Under the pieces are notes generated by a model, which was given only the letters and a program-made list of their open reading frames with translations, did no database searches and was not told where the DNA came from. Positions 40,946 through 53,801 of a stretch of DNA of 64,000 nt are shown here, one piece after another. Source of the DNA: Phoronis australis (Eukaryota > Animalia > Phoronida); NCBI GenBank assembly GCA_002633005.1, contig NMRA01000009.1:212944-276943 (forward strand), read 5' to 3'. Every line of letters starts with the position of its first letter. Positions within the stretch are counted from its first letter, which is position 1. The translations under genes and the position numbers were made by a program.

Positions 40946-42562
40946 CCGTAAACGTTCGGGTTAACGCCCATGCTCAGTTAACCACCCACCCCCTACTTTA
41001 GGTGGATGTTCGATTTAACCGCCCACTGCTCAGTTAAGCGCCCCCCTGCGATTTTTGAAGATTTCCAGTTAAGCGCCCACCTCTCGGTTAAGCGCCCACC
41101 TCTCGGTTAAGCGCCCATCCCCGATTTTTAAAGAATGAAGATTTAGCACCCAGTGCTAAGGAAACACGCGATTCCCCGACTTTTAGAAAAGATTGATGAT
41201 CACAATGAGCGCAACGACTCCGGGCCTCCCAGACGGTGGTTTAGCAATGTGAATTACTATACAAGTAACGAGTTATTGTCTAGGGTCATGGACTCATTTC
41301 AAAATACAATACTTGAACGTTTTTGTCACTTTATTTTCTTCCCATGTTTGCAAAGTTTAAGAACGCCGCGGCGTCAAAACCTCCATTTTCAGCGACTTTG
41401 TCTGCCGCACTGAGTTTCCGTCTGTAGTGCACTAGATAAATCATATGTTCGAAAAAATCAGGCCAGAGAAATGTGACAATGGTTTTGTCAACCCTCCAAA
41501 TTTTATTAAGGTGGGAAGCTCTCGTACTTTGAGCAAATCTCACAACTTACGGAAAGATGTCAAATTCTCAATATTTTGATGAATGTAACTGCCGGGTTAT
41601 AGAAGATGTGTGGCGACCGAAGGGACAGTACAAGTGCCTTAATGGGTTACCGATTTCGTTGCTGCCTATCGATTTCTGAATTCAAAGGTTGGCAATAATG
41701 TATGTTTGTGTATGATCTTGAGTTAATAAAAAACTGCTAGTCAAATTTTGTTTTTCGCTTATTGCANNNNNNNNNNNNNNNNNNNNNNNNNNNNNNNNNN
41801 NNNNNNNNNNNNNNNNNNNNNNNNNNNNNNNNNNNNNNNNNNNNNNNNNNNNNNNNNNNNNNNNNNNNNNNNNNNNNNNNNNNNNNNNNNNNNNNNNNNN
41901 NNNNNNNNNNNNNNNNNNNNNNNNNNNNNNNNNNNNNNNNNNNNNNNNNNNNNNNNNNNNNNNNNNNNNNNNNNNNNNNNNNNNNNNNNNNNNNNNNNNN
42001 NNNNNNNNNNNNNNNNNNNNNNNNNNNNNNNNNNNNNNNNNNNNNNNNNNNNNNNNNNNNNNNNNNNNNNNNNNNNNNNNNNNNNNNNNNNNNNNNNNNN
42101 NNNNNNNNNNNNNNNNNNNNNNNNNNNNNNNNNNNNNNNNNNNNNNNNNNNNNNNNNNNNNNNNNNNNNNNNNNNNNNNNNNNNNNNNNNNNNNNNNNNN
42201 NNNNNNNNNNNNNNNNNNNNNNNNNNNNNNNNNNNNNNNNNNNNNNNNNNNNNNNNNNNNNNNNNNNNNNNNNNNNNNNNNNNNNNNNNNNNNNNNNNNN
42301 NNNNNNNNNNNNNNNNNNNNNNNNNNNNNNNNNNNNNNNNNNNNNNNNNNNNNNNNNNNNNNNNNNNNNNNNNNNNNNNNNNNNNNNNNATTAACCGCCC
42401 AGGGCGGTTGCCTGTCGTAATAAGCGCCCATGTTCGGTTAACCGCCCACCCTAGATTTCTTGAAATTTCACGTTTAAGCGCCCATGTCTGGTTAACCGCC
42501 CACCCCCGATTTTTTGGGTTTGCCAATTTAACCACCCAGGGCGTTAAACTGAACGTTTACGG
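40946..42562. mobile_element. Tc2-like (Tc1/mariner superfamily) non-autonomous element spanning the N-gap
   Basis: TIRs CCGTAAACGTTCGGGTTAACGCCC / GGGCGTTAAACTGAACGTTTACGG; TA TSD; many subterminal TTAA(C/G)CGCCCA repeats. Confidence 0.8.
41767..42389. other. Assembly gap
   Basis: Run of N. Confidence 1.
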
Positions 42563-44761
42563 TAAGTGACTCAGGTACCCATGGCCTGCTACAAATACGC
42601 TGGTACGATTATCTCAAGTGGGTACCAATGACATTCACGGATAGTGGCCACCTCCCAATGGCGAAAGAAACCACCATTTTAACTGCTAATGCACAGACAA
42701 AAATGAAACCAATGTAGCATGCAGAACTTACCCGCCATTTTACGTACTTCAACATCCTTGTTGGAAAACTCAATAAATGTTGACTAACAAGTGAAAGAGA
42801 GGACAAGACAGATAAAGTGTGAATGACTAGGCAGTAGGAAGTGATTGACTGAGACAGTATTGATCAATTGAGCTGTTTATCCTCCAGGGGGGTCACTGAC
42901 TTCTGTAAACAACTTAGGTAAATTGGTTGACCAGCTCAGAATGAGCTGTGGAGCTGTACAGTACTGTGTCAAAACAGGAACTGACAACCACAGGGATGTC
43001 CTTCAGCTTTTTGATTGGATAACTTAAAAACACTCTGTTGACCTTATGAACATGCTAGTATGATTTTTGTTATTACCACAATAATGTGTTTAGTAAACAA
43101 ACTCATCATTTTGTACCTACTAGCTGTGAAAACCACAGTTACAGTAGAATTTCGCCAATTTAGAACACAATATGATAGATTTCCCCATGCCAAATGATGT
43201 TGTATGGACCTCGCAGGGTATTCTTTAACTTGTGACACCATACGACCGGCGAAAGCGCATTGCATGGTTATCACCTATGAGACAATACCATTGTTTTCCT
43301 TAGTAGCATCTTGGTTGCATATAACAACATAAGTCACATGGATATGGTACCTTGGGCGCACATCATCTGGTTACCGATAAATGCTTGCCACTATCATTAC
43401 TATAACCAAGAAAAATAAAGCGATCACTACGCCAATCTACCGATATCTATGCGACCAGTTTGCGACCTAGTTTCCCCTGTAGGTAGGGTTATTTTACTTT
43501 TTATAGACGTATGCAGGCAACTGAAAATGCCAAAACTTTTGCCACTAGCCATGTGGGTGTTGCTGACATCTGTGCAAATAATATTTGGTAAACTTTTCTT
43601 CAAGTTTATTTTTTTCAATCTTTCGTAAAATAAAACTTCACTGTTCTGCCATGTTACATTCTCAATTGAAGAAAGTTGATGGTACTGAAGAGGTCTTTAT
43701 CAAAAGTCATTTCTTTAACGGAACTGAGTTTCTAGAGGCTTTTTAAAGCCTGATATTCATGTCTGAAAATACCAAGACGGCTGCTACTGAAAATCATTAT
43801 ACATGTGCAAGGCATGTGTTTAATGTATAACGATACTGATCAATGGAGGTATGACACACTATCCAACATTATAAGGAAGTGAGCTTGGGAAACTCTTTGA
43901 TCATCAGAAATACAGTGTATAATATTTTCAGACACTTATTTCTAATAAATACATTCAGCAGCAAGATGACATAAATTCAACAAACATTATAGAAGCAGTT
44001 ATAAATATATCATTTCTCTACACTGTCCCGATTTCTTCATTCTGATTTGAGGTACCAGAAATCATCATTTTGCAAGCATGCCGTAAAAGTTTACTACGTT
44101 TCGATGGTGCTACGACTAAAATTTTGTAATAAGATTATAGTGGAACTTGCACGCTAAATTCTTATCCCTGTAATACCTTAGTTAAATTAGTTAGAAACAT
44201 AACATGTGAATATTAAGTAGGTTGAATATTGCCAAATATTTTTAAGAAAGAGTTTTGTGAAGAAAACGATTCACCATAAATCACTCAATCATATCCAATA
44301 AGCATCATGACGTGGTGTTGGGGAATAACACTGCATGATGTGCGGGCTATATGAGCCCCCCAAGGTACGTCATTCGTGCAAAGGTCACCTGTTTCCAGAA
44401 TTTTTTGTTTTCACAATTACAAATTGTCAATGAATACAACTGCATTTTGTTTAGCATAGATTACATTTTAAAAGATAACATTGTGGTTTACTTCCTGCTA
44501 TACACTGGCATAGTTACGAGCATGCAAGGTTTGACTTGAACTCTGAATTCTTTTCAAATCATCAATACAAATGTTTGCAACAACTGATACACAACACACA
44601 CACACAATTTTCTAGAAAGTTGCCCTCACTGTAACCATCCAGTCAATATTCTGACTGTGACAGTGCAGATTACTTTATCACAGGAGCCAAGTATAATTAA
44701 ATTCTGTACTACAATTGTAATGTGATGAGTGATAGTGTGATGCTATTGTTGTTATCGGCCT

Positions 44762-44890
44762 ATTACTTCTGTGTAACTGGGGGCCTCATGATTATTACTT
44801 CTGTGCAACTGGGGGCCTCGTGATTATTACTTCTATGCAACTGGGGGCCTCATGATTATTACTTCTATGCAACTGGGGGCCTTGTGATTA
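44762..44890. repeat. 32-bp tandem repeat
   Basis: ATTACTTCTRTGCAACTGGGGGCCTCRTGATT, 4 copies. Confidence 0.9.
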
Positions 44891-46227
44891 TCTAAGATGA
44901 TATCTAAGTCTTGTTGATGATTTTGGCACATTGCAGTAGTTTATATTTTCAAATAAGTCGCAAAACCCCACCATCAAATGTGTAGAGAGCTGTATTTTTG
45001 AATGTTAATGCTTTTATTTGATATTGAAAATGAGTTTGAATTTATAGTAAATAAGTCCATTTTAAAGTCATTGAATAAATAAAATGTTTTATGTGATACT
45101 AATGACACTTTTAGTTCTACTCAACTGTATAGATGTGTGGATATACCACTATATGAGGCTGCAGCCATACCAGTGAATCACCAGCGTTGGTAGGTACAAC
45201 GTGCATTTACCTATTTCCCCCATCCCAATACTCGTTTGGCCATTTATTGTATAAACTTACAATGCTGGTCTCCCACAGGCAGGAATATATAAAATTGTCT
45301 TTTGCATGACATTTTCAGGTTCTCCACTAGACAGTGACCACCGTCCTACTGACACTTGGGATGGTGGTCACTAGACAGTGCGTGCACTAGGTGGTATGGC
45401 ATCATATCCTCTGGTGCGCGCAGTGGTAAAAAGGGTGAGTTACCAATTTTGGGAACTGAACGAGGGACAGCTCAAAGAAAGAGTTTGATAACAGGAGTAT
45501 ATGTTCGAGCTGGAAGGAATTAAATACATCGACGGCCTCTTAAGGAGTCCCTCTATGCGCAAAAGATATTTATAACAACATAGCATTGATGTTTTAGTCA
45601 GTGCAAGGCATAATTCGCCAAAAACCTTCCAGTGTATGAAGAGCCTGTAGGAGCTTCACAGTTTCTACTGCCAAGCCAGTAGAGACTGTGATCACTGTCT
45701 AATTCTCCACATGTCATGACGTAGAAGTAATTAAGACTCATTTTTGTCTACCATTACTCAGGAACTTCGGTGAAAACACGATTAAACTTTTAATTTGAAA
45801 GTTTGACACAGAGTCGCTTGTAGTGTCGAAACAATCTCCTTTCCTCAGGACCGGGACTCTTATGAGTCACTGTATTGGTTTTTAGCATGCTTGGAGTGAC
45901 CATTTGATGACTAATTTTACTGTCAGGAGACTGCTATCTCTGTTTGACCTGTGATGACATTCCCAACTGTTTAGTTGAAATCTTATAGCTATTTTGTTTT
46001 CCTCTTCCAAAAGGAACTACCATATCACCTTTACTAACACTTTGTGTTTGGTTGCGGGGATGGGTAAATAAATATTTGTTTGAATAATGTTGATTCCCAG
46101 GTATGCCTCACTTCTTTTTCTATTTTGGGGAAGGAAAAATGTTGTAATCGTCCTGTGCTGTCTTTGATAGTTTCTCGGGGCAAACGTCTAGCAAACAGGT
46201 CCCTCCCTAAAGCGGCTGGTGCAAATC

Positions 46228-47709
46228 TAGGCAATTACATCACCCTGAAATGCCGCAGGCATACAGGGGCCATAGCACATCCTCACAAAAATTTACTCAT
46301 CTCAAAATACAGTGAATAAAATCGAACGAAACATGCATATATACACATGGAGTTGTAACTAACATATACCATGACTCTAGAGGCAATTTAGTCACCATAA
46401 TTTGATGAAAATAGCCATGAAAATCTGTTGCGATTCGCTCGACCTCTAACCAGGTGCCATTTTGAGGAATTTACATGAAAATCATGTCTGTTGACAAAGA
46501 AAAAGTCTAAGGGACACAAATCTTACAAATTCCACCTGATACTTTCTCATGCTATTTTTGCAAGTGTCAAGCACCACGTCACAGCTTCGCTCAGTCTCGC
46601 GCTAGTCTTAGCCTACCACACGTGACGTTAGGCAACACGTAGCCCCTCGGTTGGCCATTTAGGGGCTACAATACTTCCATTCGCTTTCTGTACACATTTC
46701 GTTACATGTATTTTAAACGGGCGGTGACCGGATTTGGGTTACCAATTTTGAGTTTTCACCTTGCCAAAAATACATTCCACACTTCAAATTATCACCTTAA
46801 AAAGCGCTTACTTTCATCATTGGCCCTTTCTACTTCTATACATATCTTTGATGAAGCTTAGTTGTGAGAATTAAGTTGACTTTGGCGAAGAATTCCAATT
46901 CCTACTTTTTTCGTTGCCATTAACTTTTTCACCGCGCACGATAACCACAAAGTATGTCAACTTGGAGTCACGTGAGTTAGGCAAAGGCTAGCGCAAGACT
47001 GAGCGAAGCGCGACACTTGCAAAACAACAGGAGAAGGTATCGGGTGAAATTTGTTAGATTTGTGCCCCTTTTACTTTTTATTCACCAACATGCGTGACTT
47101 CATGTAACTTCCTCAAAATGGCATCCAGGAAGAATAACTCAAGCAAACCACGACAGATTTTAATCGATTTGTTCAAGTTTTCCTGACTAAAATGGATCCA
47201 GTCATGGTATGTGTTAATTATAACCCCATGTTCCTATATGTTAGGTTCATTTGATTTTATTTTCTGTATTTTGAAATGAGTAACTTTTTGTGGAGATGTA
47301 CTATCCCCCTGTATGCCTGCGGCATCCAGGACGATGTAATTGCCTAACGTGACGTCAGTTGTAATACTTTGCAGTTACTGCGTGCAGTGAAAAGTTAACG
47401 GCGACCAAAAAAAAAGGACTTTGAATTCTTCACCAAAGTCATCTTAATTCCTATAGACATGCAACATTGAAGATATGTATAGAACCAGAAAGGATCAATG
47501 AAGAAAGTAAGCGCGTTTTTAAGTGATAATTTTAAGTGTAAAATATATTTTTGACAAAGTAAAAACCTCTTAGTCGGTGAGCGGATTTCGCCTACAGCCC
47601 ATTTAAAATACACGAGACAAAATAAGTACTGAAAGTGATGAGGAGAATTGTAGCCAGGCAGCTGAGAGGCTAAATGTTGCCTACCAGGTGAGGGGCTATG
47701 TGTTGCCTG
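46228..47709 (+). mobile_element. Academ-like non-autonomous element (outer copy), split by an inverted copy of the same family
   Basis: Ends TAGGCAATTAC...GTGTTGCCTG; the halves 46228-46628 and 47356-47709 join to give sequence colinear with ~24240-24900. Confidence 0.65.
46629..47346 (-). mobile_element. Academ-like non-autonomous element (inner copy), 718 bp, 9-bp TSD
   Basis: TIR TAGGCAA...TTGCCTA; ACGTGACGT duplicated at 46620-46628 and 47347-47355. Confidence 0.8.
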
Positions 47710-47949
47710 AATAACGGCAATTTTACCACTTGCAGATGTCGCCACAGGTGCCTACAATCAGCCGCATGAAATAAATACATTAACAAACCTGGGAATTGCG
47801 CCTGTCATTGTCAGCCTATGGACATTTGCTGAAGCTGTGGTCTGGTTGGCCATGAGCGGTATTGTAGGGCCTACAGCTCGGCAGCACACTGTGATCTGGT
47901 AAGTACATTCCCTGAGACCTAACTAGTTAACCTTAGAAATGTAGTATAA

Positions 47950-48560
47950 CTACTACACTTGATAAAAAGTTACTTAAAAACACATGTACTTGGCACTGAC
48001 TGGTCGGGTGGTCCACGACATAGCATAGACAGTCTAGACGCCCAGAGAAGCTTCATCCACTTAAATGACGGGCTTATTATTCAGCGATTGTCCGATCCTC
48101 TAAAGGATGGACTATTATATCCGATCACCGCCAAAGACTCACCAAGTGGCATATCCGTATGGGCGTGAAATTCGCAAAATCTTTGATCTGAAAGGAGGAA
48201 GGTTTCGTCTTTCTGTATGTATATCTCTTTCCGAATTCAGCAGGAAATGATGACTGCGCTTGTCAGTAAGAAAGTTTCGCCCTCTGTTGAGAAAAGAGAC
48301 GGGCGTAACTGTTAATAAACAAGGAATGTGGCACTTGATGTTAAAATTTGAGTCACTGCAGTATACAACAGTTGATATTTTTTTACATCCATTTTGTTAA
48401 AATACTCGTCAACTTGGCAAACATTACATCGAATAACTTTAGCTACGGATGACGTCATTATTTAAACATCCGGGGCTTTGCTATGGCTGCTTCAGTTCAT
48501 TCAAGAATTTCCTGATGTGCCTCGAATTATACGGTTTTCATTTTTGGAAGGTATGTTTAT
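47950..48560. promoter_or_regulatory. Candidate PDPK1 promoter / non-coding first exon (possibly bidirectional)
   Basis: Non-repetitive, relatively CpG-rich stretch; strong - strand donor TTG|GTGAGT at 48143/48142; + strand donor AAG|GTATGT at 48550/48551. Inference only. Confidence 0.3.
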
Positions 48561-48865
48561 ATTGTCAGCAGAAACTGATCGCCACTATATTGAAACTGTA
48601 TATCAAACGATCTTCTTCTCCTGTCTGCAGAAGGAGAGATGATATTGTGAGTAATTTGCAGTGAACATGAATGAGGAATTAAATCTGGTCGACTCGGAAG
48701 TGCAATGTCAATGACAACTGCCAGTGACAGGCACTGGCCCGACCTAGGGTATCAAGTATTTTAGTAGACAGTATCTTCGTATGAACTCCAGAGTTTTATT
48801 GTCTCTTGGTCCTGGAAATTTTTTCTCAAGTGTCAAAGTCTATCAGGATATTTTGTAGACAGTAC

Positions 48866-49025
48866 CACCGTCTCAACAGCACTTGTCGGATATAGCGGTC
48901 CCTGATTTTGAGAACCAGTTTCATCCACTGAATGACAGGCCCGTTATTCAGTGATTGCCTGGTTCTCAAAATCAGGGACCTCTATATCTGACCACTGTCG
49001 TCTTAACTAGCAGTAGAGACGATGG
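48866..49025. repeat. Fold-back palindrome / tiny MITE
   Basis: GTCGGATATAGCGGTCCCTGATTTTGAGAACCAG ... CTGGTTCTCAAAATCAGGGACCTCTATATCTGAC, with inner CACTGAAT/ATTCAGTG stem. Confidence 0.75.
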
Positions 49026-49065
49026 CCATCCCATTCATTACACACCTAACCTGTCTGTAAATAAG

Positions 49066-49613
49066 CGTTGTGAAAGTGCTTCCGGTGAATCATATATGAG
49101 CCTCTGTTAGCCACTCGCTAACGGGCAATTGCCTATTAGCTGAATGGTTAGCACGCTTACCGGTTTTATGGGGGTTGCTGGTTTGATTCCCGAGGTCGGG
49201 TAATTTCGGCTATTACTACAATTGGCGTAGTTGGCAAACGAATGGTATACCGATGAAGCACTGCCAAGTAGTACCCGCGGACCTCAGGATGGTGCGCTTG
49301 GAAGGTTGCAGGAGTCAAGGACCAGCTGAGTATGAGAGACTACCTTGTGTTCACCGGTGTTGTGGTGGTAAAAGTACCAAGGGACATTGATGACCTATGT
49401 ATGGGAGACATCCTGGTGTTCAACTTCATGGTGGCGTGCCAGTTCCGTAAGGGGGGAATGTTGTGAAAGTGCTTCCTGTGAATCATATATGAGCCTCTGT
49501 TAGCCACTCGTTAACGGGCAATTGCCTATTAACTGAATGGTTAGCATGCTTGCCGGTTTTATGGGGGTCACTGGTTCGATTCCCGAGGTCGGGTAATCTC
49601 GGCTATTACTACA
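49066..49613 (+). mobile_element. TRIM (miniature LTR retrotransposon), 548 bp
   Basis: 155-bp LTRs 49066-49220 and 49459-49613 (TG...CA; 5' copy starts CG); TAAG TSD; PBS TGGCGTAGTTGGCA at 49223 (complementary to tRNA-Ser 3' end); PPT AAGGGGGGAA; 238-bp non-coding interior. Confidence 0.92.
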
Positions 49614-50417
49614 TAAGTATTTTAAAGTACCGTATTTACAGACATGTTCCACAAGGTTGTTAAACTATGGAATACAATTTTGCCCAAATATTCCAATTTA
49701 AAATCGTACCTCTGGTAGTTGCAAGGCCTTACTGAAACAAAATGCAATACCAGTTACCAACCAAAACGGAAAAGTCGTTTAATGAAAGAAGTCAGCAGCA
49801 TGTGCAAAAATGTCAACATTTTCCACACACATGCCTTGCTCTCAACGCCATCTTGTCACTGATTTATACTGCCGTAATTTTATGTCGTGGTTTGTGAAAA
49901 GATGTCATCAGTTAACTTAATTACCTAGTTTGTGCTTGAATGCCATTTGTCGATTTAGAAATGAGACTGATCCTCGAGACCTTAATCTGGCAGAACCAGA
50001 AACAGATGTCGAAGTCTCCATTTTGAAAGGTCTTTTTATGGACAAATTTTGATGATTTGAGGTTGCTAATCATGGTGCAGAAAACATGAACAGAACAGAG
50101 AATGATTATTTTATAATCTAGGTATGTTTTTAAACTATTGTGAAGGTCGCACATTTCATCAAATTTCTTTTGACAACTGCCGTTTGCAAAAATGTCAAGC
50201 ACAGCCAGCTCGTGAATTTCGGTGGTTTGTGACTGCCATCCCTTACTGGCCATAGGCCCTGCATACGTCATAAGCTTTTCGACAAATTTTGCCTCACACT
50301 GGTTAAACCGTCAAAGTGATGTTACTATTAGTATCTTTTGCTCATAGAGGGACATTTTAGGATGCCGTTGATGTCTTTAATTTCTTCAAACTCGAACTGA
50401 TACTCCCGTAATCAAAG

Positions 50418-51929
50418 TTTTTATGTGCCCACATATTTATATGTGGGTGCATATTGCCGCCATCTCTGTCTGGGCGTCTGGCGTCCGCGGCTGTATCTCC
50501 TAAACCCCTTGCAGGAACTTATTGAAATTTCGCAGGTGTGTTCCTATGGAGTTGACGACAGAGGGCGACGAGTTTTGGACCGACCGGAATACTGCTATGC
50601 CCCCTGGTGGCAATTTTAGTTTTTTACGTTAGCCTCTGTATCTTGAAAGCTCCTCAACTGATTTTCATGAAATTTGGCACATAGGCATCTATTAATGAGA
50701 TGATGCTATCCTTTCATTTTTCGTATGGACTCGACGTAGTTTGCACCACCTAGTGGCCATTTTTGCTGTTATCAAGTTTTTTGGCGTCTATCCCTCCATC
50801 AACCAAACCGCTCAAAGGATGATTGCGAAAATTGTCAAAGATGTTCTTACAATGAAGTGAACGGCTGACGATGGTTTTTCGACGACTTCAACTACTGTGG
50901 CGCCTCCTAGTGGCAATTTTGTTTTTTTTTGCGCCTATGGCTGTATCACCTAAACCGTTTGTAGGATCTACTAAATTTAGTAAATGCATTTATATGATGT
51001 TAATAACGCAGGATGACGGCTATCAGACAGATCTGACTACTGGTGTGCCACCTAGTGGCAATTGTATTTTTTTATGTTTACCTCTCTATCTTCAAAGGTC
51101 CTCAATGTATTTTCATAAAATTTGGCATACAGGCATCTGTTAATGAGGTGACACCATCTCTCCATTTTCAGATGGATTCGACCTAGTTTGCGCCACCTAG
51201 TGGCCATTTTTACTATTTTCGAGTCTGTTTTTTGGCATTCACTTGTCTATCAACCAAACCGCTTTCAGGATAATTGTGAAAATTGGCATGTTTGTTTTAC
51301 CTATGAAGTGGACGACTGACGATGATTTTCCAACTTCGATTACTTTGGCGCCTCCTGTTGGCATTTTTTGCTCTCATGGCTGGATTTCCTAAACCGTTTG
51401 CAGGATCTTTACTTGATTTAGCAAGTGTATTTATATGATGTCGACAACGAACAATGACGACTTTCGGATGGATCTGACCACTTGTGTGCCCCCTAGAAGC
51501 AATTTTAGTTTTTTTACGTTTACCTCTGTATCTTCAAAGGTCCAAAACAGATTTTCATAAAATTTTGAATATAGGCATCTATTGAAGAGATGACACTTTG
51601 CTCCTGTTTTTGGATGGAATTTAGGTATTTTGGGCCACCTAGTGGCCATTTTTGCTGTTTTCAAACCCTGGTCAACCTAATCCTAGGGATGGTTTTGAAA
51701 ATTGAAATGTTCTCGGTGTGAAGAGGACATTTGATGATGGCGACTGAGTACTGTGGCGGCTCCTAGTGGTAGCTCTGTTTTGTTTTGCATCCATAGCTGT
51801 ATTTAGATGGATTATACGTTTTTATGCCATCTAGTGGCCATTTTTTATGATACAAATAAATAACCCTAAAAGCACACCATTTGCGATGCATTCGAGGGCA
51901 CATTTCAACGCTCGCGTTGCTCTTGTTTT
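50418..51929 (+). mobile_element. HINE/Helentron-associated element
   Basis: TTTTTATGTGCCCACATATTTATATGTGGGTGC hairpin; central array; GGGCACAT subterminal IR; CAACGC-TC-GCGTTG stem-loop; CTTGTTTT end. Confidence 0.78.
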
Positions 51930-52399
51930 GTACAGTCCTTCGTTTAGTTGACGTCATATCCCCCAACGCAATCCCTTGTGACTTAAAGAGGCATGGAACG
52001 CGAAAGCTCGTCAAAAATATCTTTTAAACAATTCCTGACTAAAATACCATATCGCAACGTCTAGTACTGGGTAATTCACTTTCCCTTGTGAGGAAATTTC
52101 CAGAAAAAATCACAAAATTTATGATTTTTGAAATATGCGAAGGGAAAACTGATTACCACAGAGTTTCTAATCTCTCTCCCACGCATGTGCTCACAGTCAA
52201 TTGCTTGAAGTCGCTTGAGGTCAAAGGTCGCATTTTCCATATAAGGGAAATGGGCTATGTCTGTGTCTTGCCATACTAAATAAAGAGATGTGCCTTGCCT
52301 TGTGGGAGAAAAATCGACGAAGTGGCGAGCAGTTGACGGATTGTTTTTTTTTGAAATTTGAAACTAAAAGAAAGTGCGTTTTACAGACTGGTCCCTATT

Positions 52400-52510
52400 T
52401 TTTTAAACTAGTCGCAGGATTTTTAAAGAGGACGCCGGACATTTAAACAGGACGCGCATTCAGCTAAACAGGACGCTGCGACCCGTTAAATGCAGTGGTG
52501 GAGAACACTG
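52400..52510 (-). mobile_element. Terminal fragment of the hAT-like family at 25939
   Basis: Reverse complement of 25939-26030 including the TIR GTGGAGAACACTG. Confidence 0.6.
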
Positions 52511-53801
52511 CTTTGATATCAACAGAAATTAAAAATCTTTACCAATAAACCCTAAAAATATGTGGTGAGCAGGTTGAATTCTGTTTTATTGGCAGAGAAC
52601 CACTTTCAATATTACAATTTAGTCTGTTTATCACGTTCCAGGACTCTGTAAATTAGAGAGTCAAGTAATATACATTATGCGTGACTTAAATTTTGTGTCA
52701 TCAGTCTTTCAGTGGTTCTTAAACAGGACAAAGTTAAATTATACTTCAGTGTCTCATCGGAAACAAATAAAAGGTTATTTTTCGTATGGATGACTAAAAA
52801 TAAACTATTTTATGGGAAGACGACATTGAGGGCACCCTGACACGCTTTACACATTCACAATTTGTTTAAAATTGTTCTGGCGATATGTCCTTAGAACTGC
52901 AAATATACCTCCTATTTTATGAAAAGCGGTGACATTGCTAGTAATCACCAAAAAATATTTTATCAATGAATATATAATTAAGAATTCTATGCTTAAAGTG
53001 GAATGAAACCCGTGATTTATGTCAAAAAAATAAGTCATCATTTTGAAAATGTTACAATTTCATAAACTTTCAGGTCACACTTATTTTGAGAAAAATTTCA
53101 TAATGATACATGACTTAAATAAAGTTTGCTTTTGACAAAGAGCATGGATTTAATGTCACTTCAAAGTTGTATATCAACAGAAATGGATTGTACTCCATAC
53201 TAATGTTCGCAAGTAGCAGTGGATAACATCCAGCCCCAGTTTGCAGCACATGAAAGGTTATGATTGCAACACTAGGAGTGATAGAGTCTCTACAATCCAG
53301 TTATTCTAGTTCTTAGGTGTCATATTCAAGCTTGTGTGGGAGTGCTTGCTGCTCAGACCCCTGACTCGTTTGTGGTATTACAGTAGCCTATCCTTGAAAA
53401 GAGTGTACAAGTTGTGTCCCTTGAGGCCTGTTGTGTGCAGCACATTCCCGTTAGTTCTAAGTAGAGGAACTTATGTATTTTGTTTACTGCTGTCTAGTTT
53501 GTTGGTTTCTATATTTTACAAATGTTGGAGCACTGTTATAAATCTGTGATCTAGATTGAGGTAGTGTCAAACAGGCCTACTTAATTGGCCTTCTGGCAGT
53601 TGATTTAGCCACTCGACTACTGTACATTTATTGTTAGCTGAGAAAATTGATTTGATCAAGTGCTGCTACGCTTGAAAGAAGTTTTTTTAGACTTTGGATA
53701 ACAAAGTTTTTCACGCATTCAAAAATGTCAGTTTTATTTCTTTGAGTAGATTGTAGCCTTCTCCTTGGCTGGCAGACGAGTCTGTGATTGGTATAGATTC
53801 A

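Noticed and set aside
41682-42569. Four long ORFs
   Set aside because: Artefacts of the N-gap.
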